Source of the DNA: a virus
Direction: 5' to 3' (one strand)
Length of the DNA: 64,000 nucleotides
IMG/VR virus record: IMGVR_UViG_3300045988_150172
The position numbers and the translations under genes are program-made. Below are positions 1-8,417 of this stretch, in pieces. How positions within the stretch are numbered: position 1 is the stretch's first letter; each line of letters begins with the position of its first letter. The notes beneath the pieces were generated by a model. The model saw only the letters and a program-made list of their open reading frames with translations. It was not told where the DNA came from and did not search any database.

Positions 1-141
1 AGCGTCATGCTCTCTAAATTTACGTAATGAACCTGTACTTACTCATTACAACCTTTTAACACTGCAAATATAACTCGATTTCCTGGAATCACAATGAACA
101 AAATAGAAAATTCGTGAAAAATATTATAAAATATTCAGAAT

Positions 142-933
142 ATGCTAAAGGATAGAAACATAATTGATGCACCTGAAGCGTCACTGTATGGACAGCCTGC
201 TGTTCAATTTAGACCCAACGACTTTGATGCTGTCATCTGGTCACACGGATATGATGTTGTCTGTGAACAGGCTGTTAGATGTCCTTGTTGTGGGAGTTCT
301 GATGCAGCACTTCCGGATTGTGAGAACTGTCACGGATTTGGTTATTTCTTTATTAATCCAGTACGTACAAAGGCTCTTATAACAGGCTTGAATCGTTCTA
401 CGAACTATGTTCAATGGAATCCGGAATTGATGGGTACGGCAGCAATTACGGTTCGAGATGAGGACAGGCGTCTTGTTTCATTTCTTAATAGGGTTACTGT
501 GGAGGATGAAATAGCGTCTTTTACGGAGTCGCGGCTTGTGTCTGAAGCAACTGATGGGAATGTGATATGTTTCCTCTCCTATGCTCCTGTAAACATTGAA
601 AGGGTGTATAAATTTTATGCGTCTGATCAGAAGCTGTATCGTCTTGATGATACCTGTTATGAAATTACACCTGATAATCCATACTGTCTTCGATTTACAA
701 AGGGAAATGTTGATGCTGGTACAGCTATATCCATAGTATACACACATCGAGTTGAATATCACATTATAGATATGCCGCATGAAATAAGGGCTTCACTTGG
801 TAGAGATAAGTTGTCTGGGCAGTTTCAGATATTGAAGATGCCTGTTCAAAGTATAGGTCGTAGAACCCATCTCCTCGCTGGCAAGCCGAATTATGGTGGT
901 GGCGGTTTATTGGTAAATGATGACATAGAGTAA
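142..933 (+). CDS. virion-module protein with DnaJ-type zinc-finger motif, function unknown
   Basis: 263-aa ORF. CPCCGS-(7)-CENCHGFGYF gives a CxxC plus CxxCxGxG arrangement. TAATGA stop/start overlap with the next ORF in the structural block. Confidence 0.6.
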   Translation: MLKDRNIIDAPEASLYGQPAVQFRPNDFDAVIWSHGYDVVCEQAVRCPCCGSSDAALPDCENCHGFGYFFINPVRTKALITGLNRSTNYVQWNPELMGTAAITVRDEDRRLVSFLNRVTVEDEIASFTESRLVSEATDGNVICFLSYAPVNIERVYKFYASDQKLYRLDDTCYEITPDNPYCLRFTKGNVDAGTAISIVYTHRVEYHIIDMPHEIRASLGRDKLSGQFQILKMPVQSIGRRTHLLAGKPNYGGGGLLVNDDIE

Positions 934-1706
934 TGATACCTCTGAATATAGACCTCAGTGAAGTGGCCGAGGAATTTTCTCTTACAGCCACACAGTCAAT
1001 GGAATTAAGCGATGCTATCATTGACAGAATTGTTGTGGAATATACGTCTAAGTGGGAGAATCTTGTTGATAATGACCTAAAGGGGCTTCGCGATGTCTAC
1101 AAGAATGCGATGTATGTTGACAAGAAAAGCTCATTTGAGGTTATATTTGGTCTGCGTGAGGGTGAGAATGGTCTTGCTATTGCATTGGAGGAGGGGAAGT
1201 CTGCTTGGGATGAAAAACCGTTTTTTGAAGCATCCCCTAAAAAGCATCGCAAGGCAATGGGTGACGGTTGGTATTTGACTGTTCCATTTAGGCATGCTAC
1301 TCCGGAAGCAGTTGCTGAATCAGGTATATTTCAAAGCATCCTGCCAAAGGAGATTTATGACGTGGCAAAAAACAATGGAGGGCATCAAGTTTCCATGTCA
1401 CAGCTTCCAGAACAGTATAGACAGCTTGGGCGTAGGAAGGAAATTGTGACTGCTGGTGGTGTTATACCTGAATACGTGCATAAGGCTCCTAAATATCTTG
1501 GACTGGTACGTGTAGACATATCGTCTACCAGTAAAGAAAGGAGGGGTGGGTATATGACATTTAGATGTGTGAGTGATAAGAGTGATCCAAATTCGTGGAT
1601 TCATCCTGGATTTGATGCCCATAAGTTTATGGATAAGGCACTTGATCAATCTGACATCTATACTGTTGCAGATATGGCTATTGATAAATTTTTGGAACAA
1701 TTATGA
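933..1706 (+). CDS. hypothetical virion-module protein
   Basis: 257-aa ORF, translationally coupled on both sides (ATGA overlaps). No recognisable motif. Confidence 0.55.
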   Translation: MIPLNIDLSEVAEEFSLTATQSMELSDAIIDRIVVEYTSKWENLVDNDLKGLRDVYKNAMYVDKKSSFEVIFGLREGENGLAIALEEGKSAWDEKPFFEASPKKHRKAMGDGWYLTVPFRHATPEAVAESGIFQSILPKEIYDVAKNNGGHQVSMSQLPEQYRQLGRRKEIVTAGGVIPEYVHKAPKYLGLVRVDISSTSKERRGGYMTFRCVSDKSDPNSWIHPGFDAHKFMDKALDQSDIYTVADMAIDKFLEQL

Positions 1707-2581
1707 TACTTGTAGCTAAAATAAAGAGACTTGTCTTAGGGCTGATTGATTACATTCAACAGGACTATAATAGTGGTATTCCTGAAACACAGACGTTTTT
1801 ATATCAGATGTTTTGGGGTGTCAGGGACGGTAGTTTTGATTTTTATGAACAGGCTAAGAAAATTTTCTTGAGGACAAATGATAGTCCTAGGCGAATTGCT
1901 GTGACAATGGAGTACCCGAAGGATAAGACTTTTCTTCCGTGTATTGTTGTTCGTGAACCGTCTAAACAGCCACCCCAAAACAGTCCATTTGGCGGTGTGG
2001 GTTCTCCAGATGGTTCATTTGGAATTCCTGGATATGAGAGGGAAGCGTTTACGACATTTAGTGAATCCAAGGTGAATTTAATGTGCTTTAGTGATAACCC
2101 TATGGAATCCCTGTTGATCGGTGAAGTCTTGTATGCACTACTTCAGGGGTCTAGGAATTTATTTGAACAGGAATTTACTAATTTTTCTTTCTCGACGTCT
2201 GAACTTGTTGCTGAAAATAACCTGTTTCCACTTCCTATTATAATTAAGACTGTTACAATTTCTGTAACGGACAATGAAGACTATGCTTCCTTAATAAGGG
2301 AGAATTTGATTTCATGTTTTAAATTTGATAGTCCTGTGGTTGTTAATGATGTGGAAAGACCTGAGCCTGAGCCTATTAGTAAGTATTTTGTCTTTGAAAA
2401 TCCATATTTGTGGCTGGATTCATTGGTTGCTGATGGGCAGATGGGTGTGTTAAGTAATACTGACTGGGTATTGGAGTATGGTGGAGAACTGTTCCAGTTT
2501 GGTGTAGATATCTTGTACTTGAATAATGATAATTATGGTGAACAGAATATAAAGGCACAGACAACTTGGATGCTTGAATGA
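1703..2581 (+). CDS. hypothetical structural protein ending in two BACON-like half modules
   Basis: 292-aa ORF. The C-terminus carries ..GVLSNTDWVLE.. and ..NIKAQTTWMLE*, matching the first half of the BACON pattern (SNxxWxhE). Confidence 0.55.
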   Translation: MILVAKIKRLVLGLIDYIQQDYNSGIPETQTFLYQMFWGVRDGSFDFYEQAKKIFLRTNDSPRRIAVTMEYPKDKTFLPCIVVREPSKQPPQNSPFGGVGSPDGSFGIPGYEREAFTTFSESKVNLMCFSDNPMESLLIGEVLYALLQGSRNLFEQEFTNFSFSTSELVAENNLFPLPIIIKTVTISVTDNEDYASLIRENLISCFKFDSPVVVNDVERPEPEPISKYFVFENPYLWLDSLVADGQMGVLSNTDWVLEYGGELFQFGVDILYLNNDNYGEQNIKAQTTWMLE

Positions 2582-2601
2582 TGTTTAATCATATTATTAA
2601 T

Positions 2602-2609
2602 TATATTTG
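2602..2609 (+). promoter_or_regulatory. Bacteroidota-type -7 promoter box TATATTTG
   Basis: TATATTTG(TG) lies in the 88-nt gap upstream of the 2676 ORF. No good -33 element is seen at the 19-21 nt spacing. Confidence 0.4.
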
Positions 2610-2675
2610 TGTCGTAAAAAGAAGGAAACTTTATAGTTTTCATTTATATAGTGTTTAATTTAATTCTTTTTGTTT

Positions 2676-3308
2676 ATGGCAAAAGCAGCTTGGTTGACTC
2701 TAAGTCCAATGTCAGGACAGGGTAATGCAACCGTACAGAACACAGCGACAGTACATACTGGTCGTGTTCAGAGAACTACAACTGTTACAGGTGTTGCGGC
2801 AGGTGTGTCTCCTAATAAGACATATTCTGTAATTCAGAAACCTAAACCGGAGTTTGTTTCCTTTGACAATGGTACTGAAGTTACTGTTGGTAAGGAGGGT
2901 GGATCTCTTACTCTTAAGGGTAAGTCTAACTCCGCAAAACTGGCGTTTAGTCTTGTTGATAATGCAGAGGGTACATTGAATGACCTTTCTCTTAATCTTC
3001 CGGCTAAATACACGGCAGCAGGAGCAGAAACAGCTAATGAGGCAACAATTACTGGAGACCCAGGAGCATCAGCAGAGTATGAATTCTCAATTACCTTTAC
3101 AGGTATTGCCGAGAACCTTACCATCAATGAGCTTCAGTGCGCTCTTCTTGTAAAGGCTGGTGATAATGCAGCTCAGGCTCAGATTACGATTAAGCAGACC
3201 GCTGGAGATCCTACATTCAGCTTCGACAACGACAGCATCACAATCGAAGCAAGCGGTGTAGCTGTTTCTCAGGGTGTCAAGTCAAATACTTCTTGGACAT
3301 TGTCATAG
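2676..3308 (+). CDS. BACON/Ig-like surface (decoration?) protein, paralog of 4146..5507
   Basis: ATG at 2676 (the track ORF begins at TTG 2670). The N-terminus AAWLTLSPMSGQGNATV resembles the second half of a BACON domain. QKPKPEFVSFDNG..LKGKSNSAKLAFS aligns with QKGKPEFITLNDS..LTGVSNSARLTATFS of the 4146 ORF. Ends in SNTSWTLS*. Confidence 0.6.
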   Translation: MAKAAWLTLSPMSGQGNATVQNTATVHTGRVQRTTTVTGVAAGVSPNKTYSVIQKPKPEFVSFDNGTEVTVGKEGGSLTLKGKSNSAKLAFSLVDNAEGTLNDLSLNLPAKYTAAGAETANEATITGDPGASAEYEFSITFTGIAENLTINELQCALLVKAGDNAAQAQITIKQTAGDPTFSFDNDSITIEASGVAVSQGVKSNTSWTLS

Positions 3309-3343
3309 TGTTTTTGAAGGTAGGTTTTCACCTGACAGAAATG

Positions 3344-3375
3344 AGGGGAGGGGCACATTATACTCCTCCCCTTTT
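3344..3375 (+). terminator. intrinsic terminator-like hairpin
   Basis: The stem aggggagg / cctcccct encloses a 13-nt loop and is followed by ttt, directly after the stop codon at 3306-3308. Confidence 0.55.
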
Positions 3376-3396
3376 AATTAAAAAGGGCTTATTGTT

Positions 3397-3582
3397 ATGA
3401 TTAATGAGGAATTCGATAAAGAGGTACGGATAACAGGTAGGGTGACTGAAGGAACACTTCCAGCAGAGGATTCCATCATTGTTGTTCATTTAGGTTTGCG
3501 TGAACCGTTTATTCCTATGGGGGATACTGAACCTATGCTTGATTTGAATGATATGGCCTATGGAGTTATGAAAGATAGTTAA
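3397..3582 (+). CDS. small hypothetical protein
   Basis: 61-aa ORF downstream of the terminator. No motif. Confidence 0.35.
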   Translation: MINEEFDKEVRITGRVTEGTLPAEDSIIVVHLGLREPFIPMGDTEPMLDLNDMAYGVMKDS

Positions 3583-3616
3583 TACTATAATATATTGAAA
3601 ATTAATATTTAAGGTT

Positions 3617-3832
3617 ATGGCATATAAATCTAAGTTTACAGGAGCTGAAATTGATGAAGCTATAGAGCAGGTTAGAAAGTGGCAGGCTAATCCAGAGACA
3701 ATTCTGTCTGGTGAGCAGATTATGGCACAACTGACAGGTCAGCAAATTATTGATAAGATTAATTCTGTTTCAGGTTCTATTGTATTTACGAAATTCGTTG
3801 ATGCACAGGCTGGGGCAGGCAATACGAAATAG
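3617..3832 (+). CDS. small hypothetical protein
   Basis: 71-aa ORF in the same orientation, tightly spaced before the next ORF. Confidence 0.45.
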   Translation: MAYKSKFTGAEIDEAIEQVRKWQANPETILSGEQIMAQLTGQQIIDKINSVSGSIVFTKFVDAQAGAGNTK

Positions 3833-3835
3833 TGT

Positions 3836-4135
3836 ATGGCAGAATTTAGAATGTTTGCGACTGCCCAACAGGCTGCTGATATTGGCGGTATTACTCCAGC
3901 GGATATTGGTGTAGCTTCAACGGCATTTGTTCGCAAGAGTGAGCTTATAGCGACAGGTAAGTTTGATAATGACAAGATTGTAGAAGAGAATGTCTATAAT
4001 TTTGTTCATCTTGATAATATATACCCGAAAGCTTCTTCTGGGTTCACCGTAGAACCTACAGAATTGAATTTTATCGGAGATGGTTCTTCTAAGGATATTG
4101 TTATTCGTACAGAGGAAAGCTGGGTAATTGAATAG
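3836..4135 (+). CDS. small structural protein ending in a BACON-like half module
   Basis: 99-aa ORF. The C-terminus LNFIGDGSSKDIVIRTEESWVIE* closely parallels LNFAGNGSSLDLTIESNGSWDIG* at the end of the next gene. Confidence 0.5.
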   Translation: MAEFRMFATAQQAADIGGITPADIGVASTAFVRKSELIATGKFDNDKIVEENVYNFVHLDNIYPKASSGFTVEPTELNFIGDGSSKDIVIRTEESWVIE

Positions 4136-4145
4136 GAGGTTTGTG

Positions 4146-5507
4146 ATGGCACGAAAAGCATATAGATCCGTTAGTCGTTCTGGAGTTGGTGGTATTACCA
4201 AAAACGGGATTACAGCTACTCCTGCCGCTGGAACAGGTGATGGAATGTTGACAATTACAGGGGTTGAACGAACAGGTAGAAATAACGTCCAAGCATCCTT
4301 TACAGCTACACTTGATAAATTTCCTTCGATTAAGAAGTCATTTGATGTGGTGCAAAAGGGAAAACCTGAATTCATTACGTTGAATGATTCAAGTATTACC
4401 GTTGCAAATATTGGGGAAAATATTGTTTTGACAGGCGTTTCCAATTCTGCAAGGTTGACAGCTACTTTTAGTGATGGCCAGATGGTCGTATTGGATAATT
4501 ATTACAAGGCCAATGGTGTTTCTGTAGAGAATGGGAAAAATATTCCTAGTGATCCAGGATCATCTGCTCAATATACATTTGAAGTTGCTGTTTCTGTGAA
4601 GGAAAATCCTGATGCACAGTCAAGGCAGGGCGTATTTACGATAACAACAGCAAATGGGGAGAGTGCTTCTTGTGTTTTCACACAGAATGCGTCAGTATTT
4701 ACATACAGTCTTTCAGCAGTAGCGGATGTTTCTGTAATCGGTGCAGGTGGAGGATCTTCAACAATTACTGGAACTTATTCTACCTATAGAAATGGCGTGC
4801 AACTTAATCATGAATCAGTTGTTCCTACGTGTTCTATTCCTGCTGGATCTGCATTTAGTCTAACTGGAAATAAAGTTTCAGCCCCTAATAGAGGGGTTGC
4901 AGTTGGGGATGCAAGGTCTGTTGTTGTTTCAGTATCCTATGGGAATGCCTCGAATACTGTAACAGTGTCTCAGGAAAAGAATGAAGCTACCTATGGCGAA
5001 GTTGTAATGACTGTGGACACAAATGTGTCCATTCCTTCAAGTGGAGGTGATTATACGATTGTTCCTACTACAAGTCAGACCGTATCCTATACATCTGGAT
5101 CAACTCGGGATGGAAATGTGGTATTGTCCTATGCAGTTAAGAGTAGTGTGACAGGCTTTAGTCTTGATGGGGATACAGTGACTGTAACAGAGAATCCTTC
5201 TACATCTGTTAGGGATGGTTTTATTGTAACAGTTACAGCTACTGGCGAGGGTTCTAGGTCTGCGGTTGAGGATGTATATTTTAGTCAAGTTGAAGCAGAT
5301 CCTTATTTGTATTTGTTACCTGCAACATTGGTTTTTGATCATAATAGTTCAGAGCTTGATGTTTTGGTTGATTCAAATACATCTTGGAAGATATTTACAT
5401 TCGATCCGATTCATCTAACTGTTAGTCCTGAGACATTGAATTTTGCTGGGAATGGTTCAAGTCTTGATCTTACAATTGAATCAAACGGTTCATGGGATAT
5501 TGGGTAG
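4146..5507 (+). CDS. multi-domain Ig/BACON-like surface protein
   Basis: ATG at 4146 is preceded by AGGAGG (the track start is TTG 4128). Ser/Thr/Val/Gly-rich beta-type repeats. Two C-terminal SN(T/G)SW modules. The N-terminal ~100 aa are paralogous to the 2676 ORF. Confidence 0.65.
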   Translation: MARKAYRSVSRSGVGGITKNGITATPAAGTGDGMLTITGVERTGRNNVQASFTATLDKFPSIKKSFDVVQKGKPEFITLNDSSITVANIGENIVLTGVSNSARLTATFSDGQMVVLDNYYKANGVSVENGKNIPSDPGSSAQYTFEVAVSVKENPDAQSRQGVFTITTANGESASCVFTQNASVFTYSLSAVADVSVIGAGGGSSTITGTYSTYRNGVQLNHESVVPTCSIPAGSAFSLTGNKVSAPNRGVAVGDARSVVVSVSYGNASNTVTVSQEKNEATYGEVVMTVDTNVSIPSSGGDYTIVPTTSQTVSYTSGSTRDGNVVLSYAVKSSVTGFSLDGDTVTVTENPSTSVRDGFIVTVTATGEGSRSAVEDVYFSQVEADPYLYLLPATLVFDHNSSELDVLVDSNTSWKIFTFDPIHLTVSPETLNFAGNGSSLDLTIESNGSWDIG

Positions 5508-5576
5508 TTAGAATATGAAAGAATGTATTACCTTTATACCTGAGAATGTGAAAATATAAAATTTAATAGTGATAAT

Positions 5577-7211
5577 ATGGCTACAAGTGTTTATTTTAAT
5601 GGTAAAATGAGGTCACTTCCAGGAGTGTATTCTACGATTACTTCTGGGGATAATACTCAGACCAGAACTCTTGATTACGGTACTGTCTTGCTTATAGACA
5701 CTGGGAAATTTGGTGCTGGCTGGGGCGGAGGTTCTGGTGTAAATGGTGCTGGTAAACAGGGGAAAGATGCTGTTTATGAGTTTGATGACTTACAGGCATT
5801 TAGAGATTTTGTTAAGGGTGGAATGTACTGGAAAGCAGCAGAAGCTCTTTTTACACCAGACCCTTACAATCAGGATGCAGTAGGTATTAGTAAGCTTTTG
5901 TTTGCTCGTGCTTGTACCACAGCACCTGCTAAAATGGAACTTTCTTCTGGTGAGAGTAAATTTGTTGTTAGGACAATAGATGAGGGTCTGAATGCCAATG
6001 GTGTTCTTGAAAGTGGACATCTGAAATATGGTTATGCTTATACCATAGAAAAGGGTGCTGATGATGAGACTGCCTTTGTTGTAAAATTCTGGAGAGGAAC
6101 TTATACAGGTGATTATATTGATCCTGTTACAGGTGTGACTCTTTCCTATGATGAATTGACAGTTGCACAGGCTGAACCATTGCTGATATGTCAGTCGCCT
6201 GAAGTTAAGACGATTCAGGATCTGATTGCGTGGGCTAATGTGGATGAGAATTTTGGTGCAAGATTTGTTCTTGATGCTGACAGCAAGGTTGCTGGTGATG
6301 GTGCTATCAGCAATCCTACATTGGACACCTATGTTCTTGCAGTGGGTGGTACAGAGGATTATAAGTCTACTGATATTGATGATCTTTTGAACGCTATTTC
6401 GGATGTTGACTATAATATAGTGTTTACGGATCAGATTGAAGATAATGCTAATTCAGCACTTCAGAAGAAAGTCATTGCTCATCGTAATACACAGGCGAAA
6501 TTTGACAAGTTTGTCTATGTTGGTGCATATAGCACAAAAGCGAAGTTTAATGATTCTTTGAATATTGCAAAGGCATTGAACAATCAGTGGATTGTTGCTG
6601 TTCACGGTGGTGTTGCTACGGCTTCTGATGCTACGGCATCAGGATTTAGATGGTGGGGTGTCTTCTATAATTTGTGCCAAGTAATTGGTAGAGTTTCTGG
6701 AAAACCACCTTATATTCCTGTAACAAATAAAACCATTGGAGGTGATAAGTTGCAGCATATTCCGACTGATAAGGAAATGGAAAAGGCATTGAAGTTTGGT
6801 CTTGTGGTTGTGTATCCAAATCCATATCTTCAAAGATTTGTTATTCTTCAGGGTGTCACAACACTTCAGGATAATTCATTGCTCTTTAATAAGAAAGGTG
6901 CGTCATTCAGTATTCAGTTTATGCGTATTATTGCACAGCTGAATAAGGAGTGTGTTGTGAATGCTTCCATTGATCTTCTTGGGGATGAAAATGGTGTAAA
7001 CATTAACACCTTGTCAAAGGGTGCATTGGAAACTTGGACAATTAACTTTTTACAGACAAGAGTTGCAACCGACCAGCAGGATAATTTGATACAAAGATTC
7101 CAGAATGTTGTTGCAAAGAGGGTTGATGACTGTTATCATGTTTCCTATGAAGTCGTTCTTAACAATGAAGTAACGAAGATATTCTTCACAGGATTTCTTC
7201 TTAGAAACTAA
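5577..7211 (+). CDS. tail sheath protein
   Basis: 544 aa. N-terminal ..SLPGVYSTI.. is a sheath-like PGVY motif. Sits immediately upstream of a ~160-aa tube-sized ORF, two small chaperone-sized ORFs and the tape measure gene. Confidence 0.75.
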   Translation: MATSVYFNGKMRSLPGVYSTITSGDNTQTRTLDYGTVLLIDTGKFGAGWGGGSGVNGAGKQGKDAVYEFDDLQAFRDFVKGGMYWKAAEALFTPDPYNQDAVGISKLLFARACTTAPAKMELSSGESKFVVRTIDEGLNANGVLESGHLKYGYAYTIEKGADDETAFVVKFWRGTYTGDYIDPVTGVTLSYDELTVAQAEPLLICQSPEVKTIQDLIAWANVDENFGARFVLDADSKVAGDGAISNPTLDTYVLAVGGTEDYKSTDIDDLLNAISDVDYNIVFTDQIEDNANSALQKKVIAHRNTQAKFDKFVYVGAYSTKAKFNDSLNIAKALNNQWIVAVHGGVATASDATASGFRWWGVFYNLCQVIGRVSGKPPYIPVTNKTIGGDKLQHIPTDKEMEKALKFGLVVVYPNPYLQRFVILQGVTTLQDNSLLFNKKGASFSIQFMRIIAQLNKECVVNASIDLLGDENGVNINTLSKGALETWTINFLQTRVATDQQDNLIQRFQNVVAKRVDDCYHVSYEVVLNNEVTKIFFTGFLLRN

Positions 7212-7229
7212 TTAAAATGAAAGAATATT

Positions 7230-7718
7230 ATGGCTAAAGGGAAAGTTTTTACAGCTCCAAAGGCATTTATTAAGATAGATAATCAGGTTGCTGGATATGT
7301 CCGCAACCTGACATTCTCAGAGAATGTTCAAAGGGCTAACGTTCAAGGTCTTGGAAGTCTTACCTATCAGGAAGCTCCACCAGTGGTTTATACCTGTAAT
7401 TGGCAAGTGGATCAATATTTTATTTCTTTTGATACACCTGTAATGAAAAAGATGCTGAAGAAGTTTGGTTCCATTGCAGCAATTAAAAACAGTCTTGTGC
7501 TAGGTGATGTTTCATTTGACATTACCGTTTATGCTAAAGCAGTCAAGTCGGAAGACAGTCAGTCAGGGCTGGTTACTGAAGTTGATAACACAGGAGAAAC
7601 AATAGCACGTCTTCAGGGCTGTCTATTGAATTCACAGTCATTTCAGATGTCTGAAGCGGGAATTGCAGGCGTAAATATTCAGGGTATCTATCTGGAGCCT
7701 ATTTCAATGGCAAAGTAG
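7230..7718 (+). CDS. tail tube protein
   Basis: 162 aa. Called from its size and its position between the sheath and chaperone genes. Confidence 0.6.
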   Translation: MAKGKVFTAPKAFIKIDNQVAGYVRNLTFSENVQRANVQGLGSLTYQEAPPVVYTCNWQVDQYFISFDTPVMKKMLKKFGSIAAIKNSLVLGDVSFDITVYAKAVKSEDSQSGLVTEVDNTGETIARLQGCLLNSQSFQMSEAGIAGVNIQGIYLEPISMAK

Positions 7719-7741
7719 AATTTATAAATAAAAGATGATAT

Positions 7742-8104
7742 ATGTTACAGGAAGAAGTAAAATTTGTTGTAAAGGGTCATGAATATACAATTAAGTACCC
7801 TACTGTTGGGCAGTATTATAACATTGAAGCCTTAAAACAGTCATTGGGTCGAGGTAATTATAATATGATGCTTCAAAGTCCTCTTCGCAGTGTTCAGGAT
7901 GCACTTGATATGATTGACATTGAAGCTACCCTTACAATAATGTGCCCCGATTTGATTAAGGATTTGAAAGTACCAATTACGGAGCTGGATGTTCGTGATT
8001 TTGTGGCTGTTAAGGATGCTTATATAAAGCAGGTTGCACCATTTTTCAAGTCTATCAATGATGCTTTGCATGGGGATGCTGGTATTTCTGAAAATGTAGG
8101 ATGA
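7742..8104 (+). CDS. tail assembly chaperone (putative)
   Basis: 120-aa ORF in the canonical slot between the tube and tape measure genes. Confidence 0.5.
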   Translation: MLQEEVKFVVKGHEYTIKYPTVGQYYNIEALKQSLGRGNYNMMLQSPLRSVQDALDMIDIEATLTIMCPDLIKDLKVPITELDVRDFVAVKDAYIKQVAPFFKSINDALHGDAGISENVG

Positions 8105-8105
8105 T

Positions 8106-8417
8106 ATGAAGAGTTCCGAACTGGAACAGGCAGTTGTCAGTTGGAATAATAGATTCCCTCTGGATAGGTGGTGGCGTAATAAGCATGAAGTCGCATTTAT
8201 GTCCCCTGTTCATAGGGAATCCTCTTTTCTATATCAACTGTTTGAATTTGAAGAGGAAAAACTGTTTTCCAAGGTTGTTGAAACAGGTTCTTTCAATGAA
8301 GCAGAATATATTCCTGGAAGTGGTGATATATTTAGAACACCTGCAACAATGGAGGATTTTACAAAGGAAGCGCAGAGAGAGATTTGTGAAATGTTAAAGA
8401 TGGAAGAAAATGGCTGA
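8106..8417 (+). CDS. second tail assembly chaperone-like protein
   Basis: 103-aa acidic ORF with its own ATG one nt after the preceding stop. Overlaps the tape measure start. Confidence 0.45.
   Translation: MKSSELEQAVVSWNNRFPLDRWWRNKHEVAFMSPVHRESSFLYQLFEFEEEKLFSKVVETGSFNEAEYIPGSGDIFRTPATMEDFTKEAQREICEMLKMEENG

Noticed and set aside
24-49. The inverted repeat gtaatga/tcattac near the window start, considered as a terminator of the upstream gene.
   Set aside because: It is an AT-rich 7-bp stem with a 12-nt loop and no U-run, and the upstream context lies outside the window.
8134-8397. An alternative-frame 87-aa ORF overlapping the second chaperone gene. Similar nested + strand ORFs occur at 164..382, 1093..1278, 16054..16239, 22266..22490, 24611..24859 and 54831..55214.
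   Set aside because: Each is fully embedded in a longer ORF that has better motif or positional support. Their translations are Leu/Arg/Cys-rich, as expected from off-frame reading, with no independent signals.
7742-8417. A programmed -1 frameshift joining the two tail chaperone ORFs (as in lambda G/GT).
   Set aside because: The second ORF has its own ATG one nt after the first stop. The only T-rich stretch near the end of the first ORF (cca ttt ttc, about 8039-8047) is not an XXXYYYZ heptamer, and the -1 frame there stops after a few codons.
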